The position numbers and the translations under genes are program-made. DNA of 64,000 nt, from contig MU008165.1 of NCBI GenBank assembly GCA_010909165.1, positions 1,178,001-1,242,000 on the forward strand. Direction: 5' to 3'. This document shows positions 1-12,012 of the stretch, piece by piece. The DNA comes from Anthoceros angustus. Lineage: Eukaryota > Plantae > Anthocerotophyta. Each line of letters starts with the position of its first letter. Within the stretch, counting starts at the first letter, position 1. Under the pieces are notes generated by a model. That model was not told the DNA's origin and searched no databases. It worked only from the letters and a program-made list of their open reading frames with translations.

Positions 1-195
1 CGGAACGTGAAAATGGGACACAAGAGAGCTACCAAGCGGGCAGGAACGGCCGTGTATAATAGTGCTTCTTCGCTGGAGACTCTGATAGGATACTTGTACT
101 TGACCAATTCTGACAGACTTGACCAGATGATGTCCAAGCTTGGCCTCCATGGTGATGGAGCTCTGGTTGACGTTGGGCCGGAGCCTCCTTCCTGA
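1..195 (+). CDS. Mini-ribonuclease III family protein (plant organellar mini-III), C-terminal part only
   Basis: Translation ...KRAGTAVYNSASSLETLIGYLYLTNSDRLDQMMSKLG matches the mini-III C-terminal signature (ASSLETLIGYLYL); 5' end lies outside the window. Confidence 0.8.
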   Translation, partial: RNVKMGHKRATKRAGTAVYNSASSLETLIGYLYLTNSDRLDQMMSKLGLHGDGALVDVGPEPPS

Positions 196-770
196 GGCGG
201 CATCTTCACCGTTCTGGACAACGATTCTGCGAGCCACCGCTTCTGCTCTCTCGCAGCGACTCGATGGCCAGTTGCCTTGTCTCAAACCAGGCTGGTAGCT
301 GGATGTGCCGTCCGCTTGTAAGTAGGGGCCGACTCTGTGTCATGTCTCTGTCATGTCCTTCCAGTCAACTGCTTTGCTCGTTGGTGTCGTAACAAAACCT
401 GGGTACGTCTGAAGCAGGTTGGAATAAATTCCACATGCTCGAAGGGTGGGGGACTGGCGTCTCTGTCAGGATGGAGAGCCCTTTCGGTGAGCTTCGTGAT
501 GTGGAACACCAAGACACCATGCTGGCTTTTGAAGACCAAACTGCAATCCTGGCTGGCCTTCGAAGCCCAAAGCAGCATGCTGAAGCTAGCATCTACGTGG
601 TGCGGCGTGCTATCTCACCACGACAACACAAGGACCGGCTTCCTTTGGTTATTAGTGACTGGTCGAGTACATAATTTCAGCGAAGCTTGAACTTGTGTTT
701 CTGAAATAGGCAGCCCTTATATCTTTCCTTGCCACCGATAAAATGCCCTGTCAATGAAATGGCGGGGCCA

Positions 771-1456
771 TGGCGATGTCCAAGAACGCATGGGCCAGAT
801 GAAGGACGGTGCTTCATGCCACCGGAGTTGCTCAGCAGAAGGCTATTGATACCAAGAACAACACCGGCAACATGCTGCAGCAGGTCACCACCGCTGCCCA
901 GCAATTTGTGCCTTCCTAGAAATCTTGAACGCTTCGAAAGGCATGCAGGTTCAGCTGGTGTTGACATCATGAATGTTTCAAATGCACTTCTAGGCTGGAG
1001 ACAGGACCAAGCAGGCAGCCGAGGGAGCAATGGACAAGGTGAAGGGAGCTTTCTCTTCCAACGTTAATTGAACAGTAGGCGCGGCAAGTCCTGTACATAT
1101 AGAGGTTAATCTGCAGTAGAGCTAGAACTCTGAAGGGGCGATTAGTTTCTAGCTCCATTGCCTCCTTATTGTCTGTCCAGGGTGTGTTCTCTAGTCCTAT
1201 CTCCGAAGGCGTTTTGTTCGAAACTCTGTATGTAACATTGTAACTACAACTTTGGAGGAAGACATCTGGACTTCTAGCCAGCTGGCGTCCGCTTAGGCGA
1301 GCAATGCCTCAATCCGAATAGGTGATCCGTTGTTGGGGATCGGGAGTCCCGAAAATCCCTGCCTGTGGCTGCTTCCGTGAGTGACCAACTGTTTGTTGCG
1401 AAAACACGAAGGAAATGATCGGTTAACGCTGAATTTAGTAACTCCAAAATTATATG
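771..1456. repeat. Copy A of the LEA-3'/P450-3' junction segment (intact version at about 3238-3940)
   Basis: Near-identical to 3238-3930; lacks 2 nt in LEA exon 2 (ttcatgcc vs ttctcatgcc) and 1 nt in the last P450 exon (gaaaatccc vs gaaaaatccc). Confidence 0.9.
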
Positions 1457-1531
1457 TCACTTGGATCCGAATGGACCAAACTATGGCAACAAGTAAAACA
1501 ACCTGTGCTGGCAATCTCTTCAAGTTCATAC

Positions 1532-1824
1532 CACTCTCCTTCACCCTTCCATGGTAACCACCTCATCGAAGCCTCTGAGTGCCCCTTCCGGCTCGGTCTC
1601 CACCAAACCTGGTGACAACATAAACGTTAAGTGACAAATGAGAGTAGTCCAAGCCAGCTACCCTCAGTGCAGAGACCTGATGCAACACGAGCTCCCTTCC
1701 GCAATTTCACCAAACAACCACCTTTGGAGTTGTAGTACTGATTCTCAATGTCGACATCCTGCTCTTCGGTCTCCTCATCCGAATACTCGAACCCGTAGTC
1801 CTCCATATCCGCATCTTCAGACAT
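1532..1824 (-). pseudogene. CSN2: COP9 signalosome subunit 2, 5' fragment (exons 1-2), truncated and frameshifted
   Basis: MSEDADMEDYGFEYSDEETEEQDVDIENQYYNSKG, intron, then GLVETEPEGALRGFDEVVTMEG; this is the CSN2 N-terminus. The frame breaks before the EW-donor and the next intron runs into P450 intron sequence. Confidence 0.8.
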
Positions 1825-2228
1825 AGCAAACGACGCAAGGATTAAGTTCCTCCACGGCAGCTTCTGAGTGAAGTCATCAATCATCCCACCCAAGAAGGCG
1901 TCTTCCTCCCAAGCTACAGGAGGATTCCCCACCTTTGAACCCTACGACGAACACAAACCACCTGATTCAGCTGACTTACCGGAATCCATTGCTGCGCATC
2001 CGCAGAAACAGAAATCCGAGGAGAGTGACGCTGTCCGAGACCTCGTCCGCTTCTGCCGCTCTTTTCTGACTGAATACGCAAATAACTCCCCGGCCCTCTG
2101 CTACAACGAACAGTGCGTTCCCACTGGCAATGATGCTCATAAATTAATACCGATAACCTGTAAATTTCGGGTAGCGAGGTTTGAGACGTCTCGGATTTGC
2201 GAAGCCTGAGGTCCCGAGAACACATCAG

Positions 2229-2683
2229 CGCAGCCGAGGGAGCAATGGACAAGGTGAAGGGAGCTTCTCTTCCAACGTTAATTGAACAGTAGGCGCGGCA
2301 AGTCCTGTACATATAGAGGTTAATCTGCAGTAGAGCTAGAACTCTGAAGGGGCGATTAGTTTCTAGCTCCATTGCCTCCTTATTGTCTGTCCAGGGTGTG
2401 TTCTCTAGTCCTATCTCCGAAGGCGTTTTGTTCGAAACTCTGTATGTAACATTGTAACTACAACTTTGGAGGAAGACATCTGGACTTCTAGCCAGCTGGC
2501 GTCCGCTTAGGCGAGCAATGCCTCAATCCGAATAGGTGATCCGTTGTTGGGGATCGGGAGTCCCGAAAATCCCTGCCTGTGGCTGCTTCCGTGAGTGACC
2601 AACTGTTTGTTGCGAAAACACGAAGGAAATGATCGGTTAACGCTGAATTTAGTAACTCCAAAATTATATGACCAGGCGACAAG
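2229..2683. repeat. Copy B of the LEA-3'/P450-3' junction segment
   Basis: Starts inside LEA exon 3 (cagccgagggagcaatgg) and matches 3485-3940 with single-base deletions. Confidence 0.9.
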
Positions 2684-2807
2684 ATGATTCTTCGGATGCA
2701 GGATGCGATCACCTGCGTCTCTGCTGCTTGTTGGTGTGACGATTTTCCAGTTGAAGCTTCTGCATGCCCTAGTCGGGCGAGGTTGAGGAGGAGGGAATGC
2801 AGAGCAG

Positions 2808-2886
2808 GCGCGTGGCCATGGCCAGCCTGAGCCCTAGCCCGTCTGTGGCGCAGAGAAAAGGCGCCACGTAACAGCAGCTGCCACGT
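2808..2886 (+). promoter_or_regulatory. ABA-responsive promoter module: two ABRE cores plus a CE3-like box upstream of the LEA gene
   Basis: GCCACGT (reverse complement of ACGTGGC) at 2863-2869 and 2880-2886; GCGCGTGGC at 2808-2816; about 190-260 bp upstream of the LEA ATG. Confidence 0.6.
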
Positions 2887-3069
2887 CGTCTAAAATCGTG
2901 TACAAATAGCTCTCCTTCTCCGACTTCCGACTTCGTCACTGTATTCAATCTTGCTCGAGACGTCAAATTAGGCTGCTTTGTCGCAGGCATTTCACGTCAG
3001 CTTTACATTCTGGATCCAGATCAATATCCATAGAGCTTTCTGTACATAGTCCGCTTGCTGTCGTTCACA

Positions 3070-3541
3070 ATGGCCGAACAGTTCCAGCAGACCAGGGACA
3101 CCGCTGCTCGCAAGACTGACGAGACAGCGCAGTTTGGACAGGAAAAGACAGGCCAAGCTCAGGAGCATGCCAAGGTTCGTTTCCTGCAAAGAGATGATTT
3201 TGATCAGTTCATCTATCTTGGGCAAAGAACTGGGTGAATGGCGATGTCCAAGAACGCATGGGCCAGATGAAGGACGGTGCTTCTCATGCCACCGGAGTTG
3301 CTCAGCAGAAGGCTATTGATACCAAGAACAACACCGGCAACATGCTGCAGCAGGTCACCACCGCTGCCCAGCAATTTGTGCCTTCCTAGAAATCTTGAAC
3401 GCTTCGAAAGGCATGCAGGTTCAGCTGGTGTTGACATCATGAATGTTTCAAATGCACTTCTAGGCTGGAGACAGGACCAAGCAGGCAGCCGAGGGAGCAA
3501 TGGACAAGGTGAAGGGAGCTTTCTCTTCCAACGTTAATTGA
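3070..3541 (+). CDS. Group-3 (LEA_4-like) late embryogenesis abundant protein, about 102 aa, 3 exons (3070-3174, ~3228-3353, 3464-3541)
   Basis: Spliced product MAEQFQQTRDTAARKTDETAQFGQEKTGQAQEHAK / NWVNGDVQERMGQMKDGASHATGVAQQKAIDTKNNTGNMLQQ / AGDRTKQAAEGAMDKVKGAFSSNVN*; both introns GT-AG, phase 0; A/Q/K/T/E-rich composition. The intron-1 acceptor (53-nt intron) is the least certain point. Confidence 0.7.
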
Positions 3542-3762
3542 ACAGTAGGCGCGGCAAGTCCTGTACATATAGAGGTTAATCTGCAGTAGAGCTAGAACTC
3601 TGAAGGGGCGATTAGTTTCTAGCTCCATTGCCTCCTTATTGTCTGTCCAGGGTGTGTTCTCTAGTCCTATCTCCGAAGGCGTTTTGTTCGAAACTCTGTA
3701 TGTAACATTGTAACTACAACTTTGGAGGAAGACATCTGGACTTCTAGCCAGCTGGCGTCCGC

Positions 3763-5959
3763 TTAGGCGAGCAATGCCTCAATCCGAATAGGTGATCCGT
3801 TGTTGGGGATCGGGAGTCCCGAAAAATCCCTGCCTGTGGCTGCTTCCGTGAGTGACCAACTGTTTGTTGCGAAAACACGAAGGAAATGATCGGTTAACGC
3901 TGAATTTAGTAACTCCAAAATTATATGACCAGGCGACAAGAACACGAACTGCAGGAACACTAGCCGTAGTTGCACTTGTGCTCACCTGTACTTGGTCATC
4001 CAGTGGTGAAGAAACACCTTCACTTCCATCATAGCCAAATCTTTGCCCAGACAAATTCTAGGACCAGTCCCGAATGGCATGAACGTGTGGCGCTTTGCGG
4101 GTTCCTGGTTTGCAATCAGCAGGACATGAGCTCAAGCTCACAACATTGAAGAGAAAAAGTTCGGGATTCATGGACTTGGAAGGATTTCAACTTACATCGA
4201 AACGAGAGGGCTTGAACTCGTCTGGCTCAGGGTATAGCTGAGGGTTGTGATGTAGGTCATGCACATCCAGCACAATGTTCCAGCCCTTGGGAATATGGTA
4301 TCCTGCACGGCATGATATCATCTCGGTAAACACGAGGATCAAACTTTCCACCAATTTCACGCTTGCTGTACTATAACAGTACGAAGCATTCAAGCTGCAA
4401 ATAGGGTTAGGATGTGAGTGTACCGTTGAATGTGAAGTCCTGCTTCACAGAACGATGGTGCCAAAACGCCAGAGAAGCCACCCTGAGCGACTCTTTGATA
4501 ACCTGAAACATCACCACGGAGCGTGTTAAGCTTGGTAATGGAAGTCCAACTTCTAGAAATGGGAGAAAAAGAGACCGTCTCTCACCGCTGAAGTGTAAAC
4601 AAAGTCGTTGTTGAGCTCGTCCCATGTCAGTGGCTCTCCCTCTTGCTTTCTGCTTCTCACAGCCTGATGTTCAGCCTGCCACACACGGTCCCGGAGCGCA
4701 GATTAGGTCTCGAACATTCACAGACAAGCTCACAAACTTGTCGTCCATGCTTCAGAAAAAAAAAGAAGGAGCGATGGTCAGAGAAACTTCACACATACAA
4801 TGAGCCGCTGTTTGACATCAGGATGCTCGTGAATGAACTTGGCAAGCCAAGTTAAGGTGTTTGTGGACGTTTCATGGCCAGCCAGGATCAAGTTGTGCAG
4901 CGTGTCCACCAGCTGCAAGTCACTCATGGCCGGCTTCCCGTCGGATTCCGGATCCACCGCCTCCATCATGACCTGCAGCAGGTCGCCCTTGACAACCTTC
5001 TCGTGCCTCCGCAGTGCAATTTCAGTGGCAAACATTTTGGAGAGCTCCTTCCTTGCCTGCATTGCCCCATCGTTTCCCGCCATTAACTCTCCCAAAAACT
5101 CCAAAATTCTCTCAAGCAAGCACTTAGCTGTAACCGCACATACCCGCATGGCCTTGTTGAAGGCGAACCCAGGGAGATCGATGGGCGCCTTGAACAGATT
5201 GCTACTAACCACTCGGACAAGCTCCAAGCTGCGCTCGCGGACCGGCCCAGGCCCCCACCCCATCACCACGCCGGCGATCACATTATAAGTGAACTGCCCA
5301 CAAAAACCCACCACGGATGAGAACGATATCCACGCACACTTCTCTGCAGGCTGTGATGCCCGACGCGGGAAACGTAACGACCTGGTCCAGAGCCCAAGAC
5401 GACGCACCTTCACAGTGTCCTCCTTGACGACGCGGACATCCCCGACCTTCCAGGCACCGAGCGCCTCCAGCACAACGGCCTCCACCACGGGCAGGTGCTT
5501 CCGCAGGCCCTCCCCCATGAACTTGTCGTTGAAGAGACGGCGGTATCGCTTGTGCTGCTCGCCCTGCATGTTGATGAGCGCGGCGTCGCCGATGAGGATC
5601 CTGGCGGGCGCGAACTGGTGCGCGTGCACCAGCTTGTCCTCGCTGCCGGCCAGCAGCCGGACGGCCTCAGGCCCCCGGATGAACACGTACGGCGTCCCGA
5701 ACACGTGCGACTTGAACGTGTCGCCGAACTTGCGGTAGCGCTCGCCGGCGAAATCCTCCGCCGCGCCCTTCTTGAACGCGGCCAGCAGCTCCATGGACTC
5801 GCCCAGGAGCGGCCACCCCAAGGTCCCCGGCAGGGCCTTGGCTCCCTTGGGCGCGTGAATGGCCCGCCGCTCCCAGAATCGCCACACTGGCCATGCCGCC
5901 ACCAGCAGCACCGCCACTGCCACCGCGATCTCCAGCACTACCCCCAGATTCACCTCCAT
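3763..5959 (-). CDS. Cytochrome P450, CYP85 clan (CYP716/CYP707/CYP90-like), multi-exon
   Basis: N-terminal membrane anchor and LPGTLGWPLLGES; I-helix AGHETS; ExxR (KESLR); PERF-like FKPSRF; haem motif FGTGPRICLG (about 4040-4075); last exon WSLTEAATGRDFSGLPIPNNGSPIRIEALLA*. Confidence 0.93.
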
Positions 5960-6783
5960 GCTCGCAAGCCGCGTGCAAAAGGTTGCACAACCTTGCACAA
6001 GCTTGATTAATGTTGCACAAGGGAATTCGATTGCGCGCTCTGTGCTGAAGTGATTGAACGCTTTCCGGACTCCACTCCACTCGACTCCACTCCAGATGAG
6101 CGTTTGTGGGATTGCTCGCTGGGGGATCCATGGATACATGGATATTTGTAGGCGGTTTCCCAGCTCGCGCCTGGACTGGGCTGGCCGGTTACCGGCTCCG
6201 CACCGGACTGGTGGACAACTTGTGTATTCTGGCACGACGGGGCAACTGCCCGGGAAGCTCAACTCCATGGCTTTTTGACTTTGACATGCTTGTTTCGGCC
6301 TTTCGGACGGTGACGGGAAGGCGTCGGTGGTGAAATTTATGGGTCACACTCTATGGAGCTATGTGTTATATGCGGGTGGTCGCAAGTTCCCTACATATTA
6401 AGTACAATAAATAAATAAATAAGAAAAAAATGTCTTTGTATAATACAATGCAAATCCTATTAAGCAATCACCAAGTGAGTAAGTTGGGGAGTACCATAAA
6501 ATGATTCTATAAATTGACTTACTACCTAATGAATGTGTTACGTTACGTGTTAGGTATGTATTGAAAGAAAAGGGGTGGCTTTATTAAAAAATTATTCCTA
6601 AAAAAATAAAAGAAGAAAATGAGGGTGTAGAAGAAGAAAAGAATTTTATTTAAGTCCACTAAGGACGGATTTCATGCTGGCTGGGTTTAGGGTTTAGTTG
6701 CATTCTCATGTACCCCTTCCTCCTTGTGCTCCATGTGGCGGGGGAATTAGAGCTAGGAGCTGCTGCCAGCAGCCCATCAATAT

Positions 6784-6950
6784 CATCACTAGGGATTACA
6801 AGCTTATGTATCACAAGTATGTTAGTGATGGAAGGAAGCCTAGCCAATGTTGTCATCACTAGGGATAACAAGCTTATGTATTACAGGTGTGTTTTGCAAA
6901 GTGATGAAGGATCTAGAGGAAGCCTAGCCAGTGTTGTTAGGTTGTGTTGA
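6784..6950. repeat. Degenerate ~70-bp tandem repeat with internal inverted arms
   Basis: catcactagggat(t/a)acaagcttatgta at 6784 and 6854; CATCACTA/TAGTGATG arms at 6784-6791 and 6823-6830. Confidence 0.6.
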
Positions 6951-8029
6951 ATTTTAGTGATGAGTGAAGGGATTGTCTGTGCTTTGCCCTTAAGTGAGAA
7001 GGACATCTCACATGACCGATTGTGATTGTGATTATTTGCCTTTATCTTACTACCGGAGTTGTAAGGTTCCAAAGATGAGCTCATTTGGTGACTTTACGGA
7101 GCGTAATAGAATACCTATGATGGATGTTTCTCTTCTTTCCCAGGATTTTTTTTTCCTTTTTCCCCTCTGAATATGTATCTAGTGGATGGATTAGGTGAAT
7201 ATTCCATCCCAAAGATGACCCAACCGGACAACTCCACGGAGTTCCAAGGAACTCCTGGCCACCATGCACTCCTCACATCAGGAGGATAACAATAACTTGG
7301 AAATCTGGAAATACTATATGGCAATCCATAATCAAATTTTTAATGTTGGACTTTAACGACATTACAAGACAAAAAAAGCCATTACGCAACAACTGGATTG
7401 GCCCAATAGGTGTCAGTACATGTGTAAACTATAGAGAGAACATCCACGAGAGATTGGATGGCTCTAGGATCTCTTACTGTTCTCACTGACGGAGGTTAGG
7501 GGGTTTACGAACTGCTCGACCTGACCACCACCACAAAGCTGTCGACTAGTACAAACAGGGACATTCCCAACTGTCACAGGTCGTCTGCGTGGGACCTGGA
7601 CGCTGCGCTCTTTGGCCAAATGACAAAAGAAGCAAAGAGAAGCGACCAGGTCGAACTTCGACGAGCTCCAGACGAGGCACCTGTCCCTGCCATGCGCAGC
7701 TCCACTCATGTTCCCCGCGTCTTGATATGTCGGTTCCCACAGGGCTTCGCTGCCATAGGATAAGCAGCTGGCTGGGCTGTCCTAAGCCCCAGAAGAGGTA
7801 CATTTGCATCACTGTCACAGGTCCCTGCATGACGTGTACCGACTCAAGCACGTAACTAGCAAGCGTTGAAAACCGTGAGCCCTGCCTACAGTTTGAACTA
7901 ACAGGTCAGCGTCCATTGGTACGCGTACATGAGCTATGCTACACTCACAAGCCGCAAGGAGGAAAGCTTGTCCGGCACACAAGAATCTGTCACACTCCAG
8001 AAAAAAGGCCACTCCGAAGCAGATGTTTC

Positions 8030-10070
8030 CTAGTCTTTCGAGACCGAGTCTGCTATGGTGGCGTTCTCCACGCTGCCTGTGGCCATACCTGCCACATTCT
8101 GGCTAGAGCGGTTATACTTCATGTGGCTTTGCACCAAATGCCCGGCAGCCTGGGCGGACATAAGGGACAGCTCCCCAGCAAGGACTGCACCCGCAATTAT
8201 CCTTGCAAGTTGCTGGGCGTGGGCACCAGGAGAGGCTCTGTTGGGACCTTTAACCCCAAGAACGTTCAAACAGGCTGCCTGGGAAGCAAGCTGTGTACCT
8301 CCCCCAATCGTCCCCACCTGCATCGATAAAATCCACACTTTGGTTCACTTGTAGACAATCCAAGCAGGCAAAGATTAAGTCACACACCTCAGACGCTGAA
8401 AGAGGGAGAAAGCCATCAAGTTTACCTCTATGGAAGGCATGGTGACAGATACATGCAGGTCCCGCCCACCATTCACAGCCTCCATCATGGTGATACACTG
8501 CGAGCTCTCCACAGCCTGGGCTGGATCCTGACCTGTGGCAATGAAAATGGCAGACACAATGTTGGACGCATGTGCATTGAAGCCCCCGAGAGCTCCTGCC
8601 ATGGCGGAGCCGACCAAATTCTTGGCCGTGTTCAACTCCACCAAGGCAGCCACAGACGTCTTGAGCACCTTGGCCACAATGTCTTCCTTGATGACGGCCT
8701 CACAAACCACAGATTTACCACGCCCTTCGATCCAGTTCACTGCAGTGGCCTTTTTGTCCGCACAGAAGTTCCCGGACACACTCATGGGCTCCATGTCCGG
8801 GAACAGATGCTGCAGATAATTGAGCACGTTCTGCACGCCCTTGGATATCATGTTCATGCCCATGGCATCGCCGGTCACACACTTGAACCGAATATAGACA
8901 TTCCGGCCAGCCAGGACGCAGTAGATCTCATGCAACCTCGCAAACCGACTCGTGCTGGAGACAATTCACGAATCAGCCCACAGAATCTCACCCAGCCAGC
9001 ACACACACAGGCCCGATCCAAGAGAGTCAGGCAAGGCAGTATGCAACAACCCACCTGTTGAAAACAACGCACAGGCTCTCGAAATTGGCGGCATCCTCCA
9101 GGTAAAACTTCAACTCCGCAGCGCGCTTCACGCTGGCAAACCGCACCACGGGGGCGCGGGTCATCCCGTCCTGCAGCACCACGCTGGTGGCTCCCCCCGC
9201 CTGCAGAATGGCCTTGCATCCCCGGTTGGTGCTGGCCACCAGGCACCCCTCCGTGGTGGCCATGGGCACCATGTTCTGGAAGCCATCAAGCAGCAGCGGC
9301 CCCGCCATCCCCACCGGCAGCTGCACGTACCCCACCACCATCTCGCAGCACTGCCCCAGCACGGCGTTGTAGTTGAACCCCGCCAGCGGCAGCCCCTCCA
9401 GCGACCTCCCCGTGGCCAGCTCCACCGCCCTCCGCCGCACGGACGCCGCCCGCTGCGCATCTCCAAGCTCTGCCTCCAAAGAATACGACGCCAACCTCCC
9501 GTCGCTCACAGCACACGCGATGTCCTCATCCTCGTTCTCTCCCAGACTCTTCCCCCGCAGCAGAGGCACGCTCCGGGGCCGCGGCGGCAGAGTCAAGGAG
9601 CGCGCGTTGCACGGCCCTCCCCCTACGCCCCCCTTGTCGCTGGCCACAATCTCGTCCCAGGCCTCGTCCCCGTCCCCGTCCCCGCCCCGGCTAGTGAAGT
9701 TCTGCACGTAGTCGATCCCGAAGAAGCCGATGAGGTAGATGAAGCTGGAGAGCTGCACGAACAGCGCCAGGATCTCCCCCAGGCTCAGCAGATGCAGTGG
9801 GGCCGACATCCGGATCTTCTCCCTCCAGCGCCGCATCAGGTAATACGAGGCCGAGAAGAACAGCACCATGAAAACCTTGTTGGTGAGCCCGACAGGAAGC
9901 GGCAGAGCGTCCGATGCCAGCGTCTTGCCCTCACGCTCCCGCTGCCCCTGCCCTTGCCCTTGCCCTCCTCGCCCCGGCCCTGCCCTTCCCCGCCCGCCCC
10001 GGGGCTCTTGAAATCCTTTCCCTCGCCCGCGGCCCCTCTGCACCGCGCCCTCCATCCCCCGCTGCCGCAT
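8030..10070 (-). CDS. HMGR: 3-hydroxy-3-methylglutaryl-CoA reductase, plant ER type; exons 10070-9055, 8954-8426, 8317-8030
   Basis: Two N-terminal TM segments ([15 protein letters not shown]..., [17 protein letters not shown]), then [34 protein letters not shown] and [13 protein letters not shown]; canonical splice sites. Confidence 0.97.
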
Positions 10071-10589
10071 CTTTCTTTCTTTTTTTCCCTTTCTTCCTTC
10101 TTCCTCCCTTCCTTCCTACTCCGAGTGGCAGATCCCGCGATCCCTCCTGCTCCGCATGCAGCGCCTCACAGGCCCCCGCGCCGCATGGGGCCCTGCCCCT
10201 GCATGCACCGCCGGTCCCTCTCTTCTTCTTCAGGCTTCACGACTCAGATTCAGACGGGCGCTACCCCCGGCTTCCCAGCATTCCTTCGGGGAATGCAGCA
10301 GCGGGAAAGGTGCAGCGCCGGGAGCAAGCAAGGCCCAAAGGCGGAAGGCGGGAAGCTGTGTCCGCCAGGCCGCGGCAGGAGAGCCAAATGTGGATCAAGA
10401 GAGTGGAGCGGAATCGCAAACGGGCCTGAAATGCCTAGGCAGCAAAAACACCAAGTTACCGCCGTGGTCCCCAGCGCTGCCGCTCTGTCTCTCCCTGCAG
10501 ACAGCGCACTGTGCAGCGTCCTTCTCCCTCTCCGTAATTCTCTACCTACTAGTCTCAACCTTTAATAATATTCTCTAACTGCCATCCGC

Positions 10590-10715
10590 GGCCTCCCGCG
10601 GCCTGCGCCTGCCACCGACGCCAGCACCTGGCCTACCTCCAGCGCCGTTCCTTGCGCTCTCTTCAACTCCCGCGGCCTGCGCCTGCCACCGATACCAGCA
10701 CCTGGCTTACCTTCC
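10590..10715. repeat. Short direct repeat pair (~45 bp) upstream of HMGR
   Basis: cccgcggcctgcgcctgccaccga(c/t)(g/a)ccagcacctggc occurs twice, about 70 bp apart. Confidence 0.7.
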
Positions 10716-11439
10716 ACCATCGTTTCTTGCTTCCCATGCATCAATTCCTAGGTTTTCCAGCTGCTGCGTTCTCGTGGACTGTGGTACAGACTACCTGCAG
10801 TACGCTACTCCGAATGACTGGTTCACGTCTTCTTATCAAACCCTCGCTTCTACCCTGTGTCCAAGATCAAACCCTAGGCTCAAGCCTGGTGTTCGCAGTC
10901 TGCTCGCTTGCTTCTTCTTCTTGTCTAGTTGCGTGCTGGTTTGATGCTTGTTGTATGGATGACACCTTGCTCTCTAGTGTAGTCTGTAGTATCTCAGGTC
11001 TTCTCACCCACAGTACCTGATTTTGAATCGCTCCACACAATTAGTAAAATCGCTGCAAGGGAATGTCCTGACTCCTCCGAGGTACAAAGAGCCTTTACCG
11101 TGTTTCTTGTGTGTGCAGCTCGGATTACAGGGGCTCGTCCCAGTCTTTTAGGAAGCTACATGTGGACCTGTGGAGATGCAGTGTGCGCCGTATAGCCATG
11201 TCCACCAAGTGTCCGAAACAGCCAACTGTCCCAACTGTCAGTAACATGAGCACGGCTGATGAGGCCTGCCATGGCCGGCGCCATGGCGGCACATGGTGTC
11301 CCTGTACAAGCCACGCCACAAGCAGCCAATCGCGGCCTCGGAATTCCTCCATTTACCTAGCTTCCGCGCTAAGACACGATGAAAGCGGCTTTTGGACCCA
11401 GCCCTAGATCCTAGCCCGCTGTTTCTAGACCCCTTTCGT

Positions 11440-11870
11440 TGCAGCCACGCACGAATGAACATTGGCCTGTACTGTAGGTATTCCGTCATTCTTATTATGA
11501 ACTTTGTAAACACGCCAAAGTTACCTCCAAACCTCCCAAGGGGTAGGAATTTTCGTTTGAATGGACACTTTCGGGTGCTGCTATTCCAGGACCACAGCTT
11601 CCCTTTATGTCAGACGAGACACAGCCCAAGGTGACTGTACATGTGCTCTTTTGAATCCCTTTCTGGCCAGCCACTCACGAATGCATACCACCTAATACAA
11701 CCTGTAACGATTGTCCCATACAGTAGTATTCAGTCATTCTTGCTATGTATGTACGTGTGAATACGCCAAAGTTAGACGCTGCAAAGATTGGGCACTTCCA
11801 CTGGAATGGACAATTTCGGGTGCTCCTGTTCCAGGACCGCAGCTTCCCATTATTTCATACGAGACTTCAG
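11440..11870. repeat. Diverged ~250-bp tandem duplication, intergenic
   Basis: acgccaaagtta...gaatggaca(c/a)tttcgggtgct...ttccaggacc(a/g)cagcttccc recurs near 11510-11610 and 11760-11860. Confidence 0.6.
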
Positions 11871-12012
11871 GCATCTGAATATTGAGGGGCCCTAGCCCAG
11901 CAAGTAAGACTGAAAGGCGAGGGGGCCTGCTAGAGGCCTATTCAATGAGGTGGCAGAATTGGAGTGAAAGGAATTGGGGGCTACTGTACTACTAAAGTAT
12001 GAATGAAATGGG

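Noticed and set aside
435-674. 79-aa ORF downstream of mini-RNase III
   Set aside because: No family recognised and no clear splice context.
8952-10565. Long plus-strand ORFs opposite HMGR (also those opposite the P450 and TIM44)
   Set aside because: Antisense shadows of GC-rich coding sequence with no recognisable domains.
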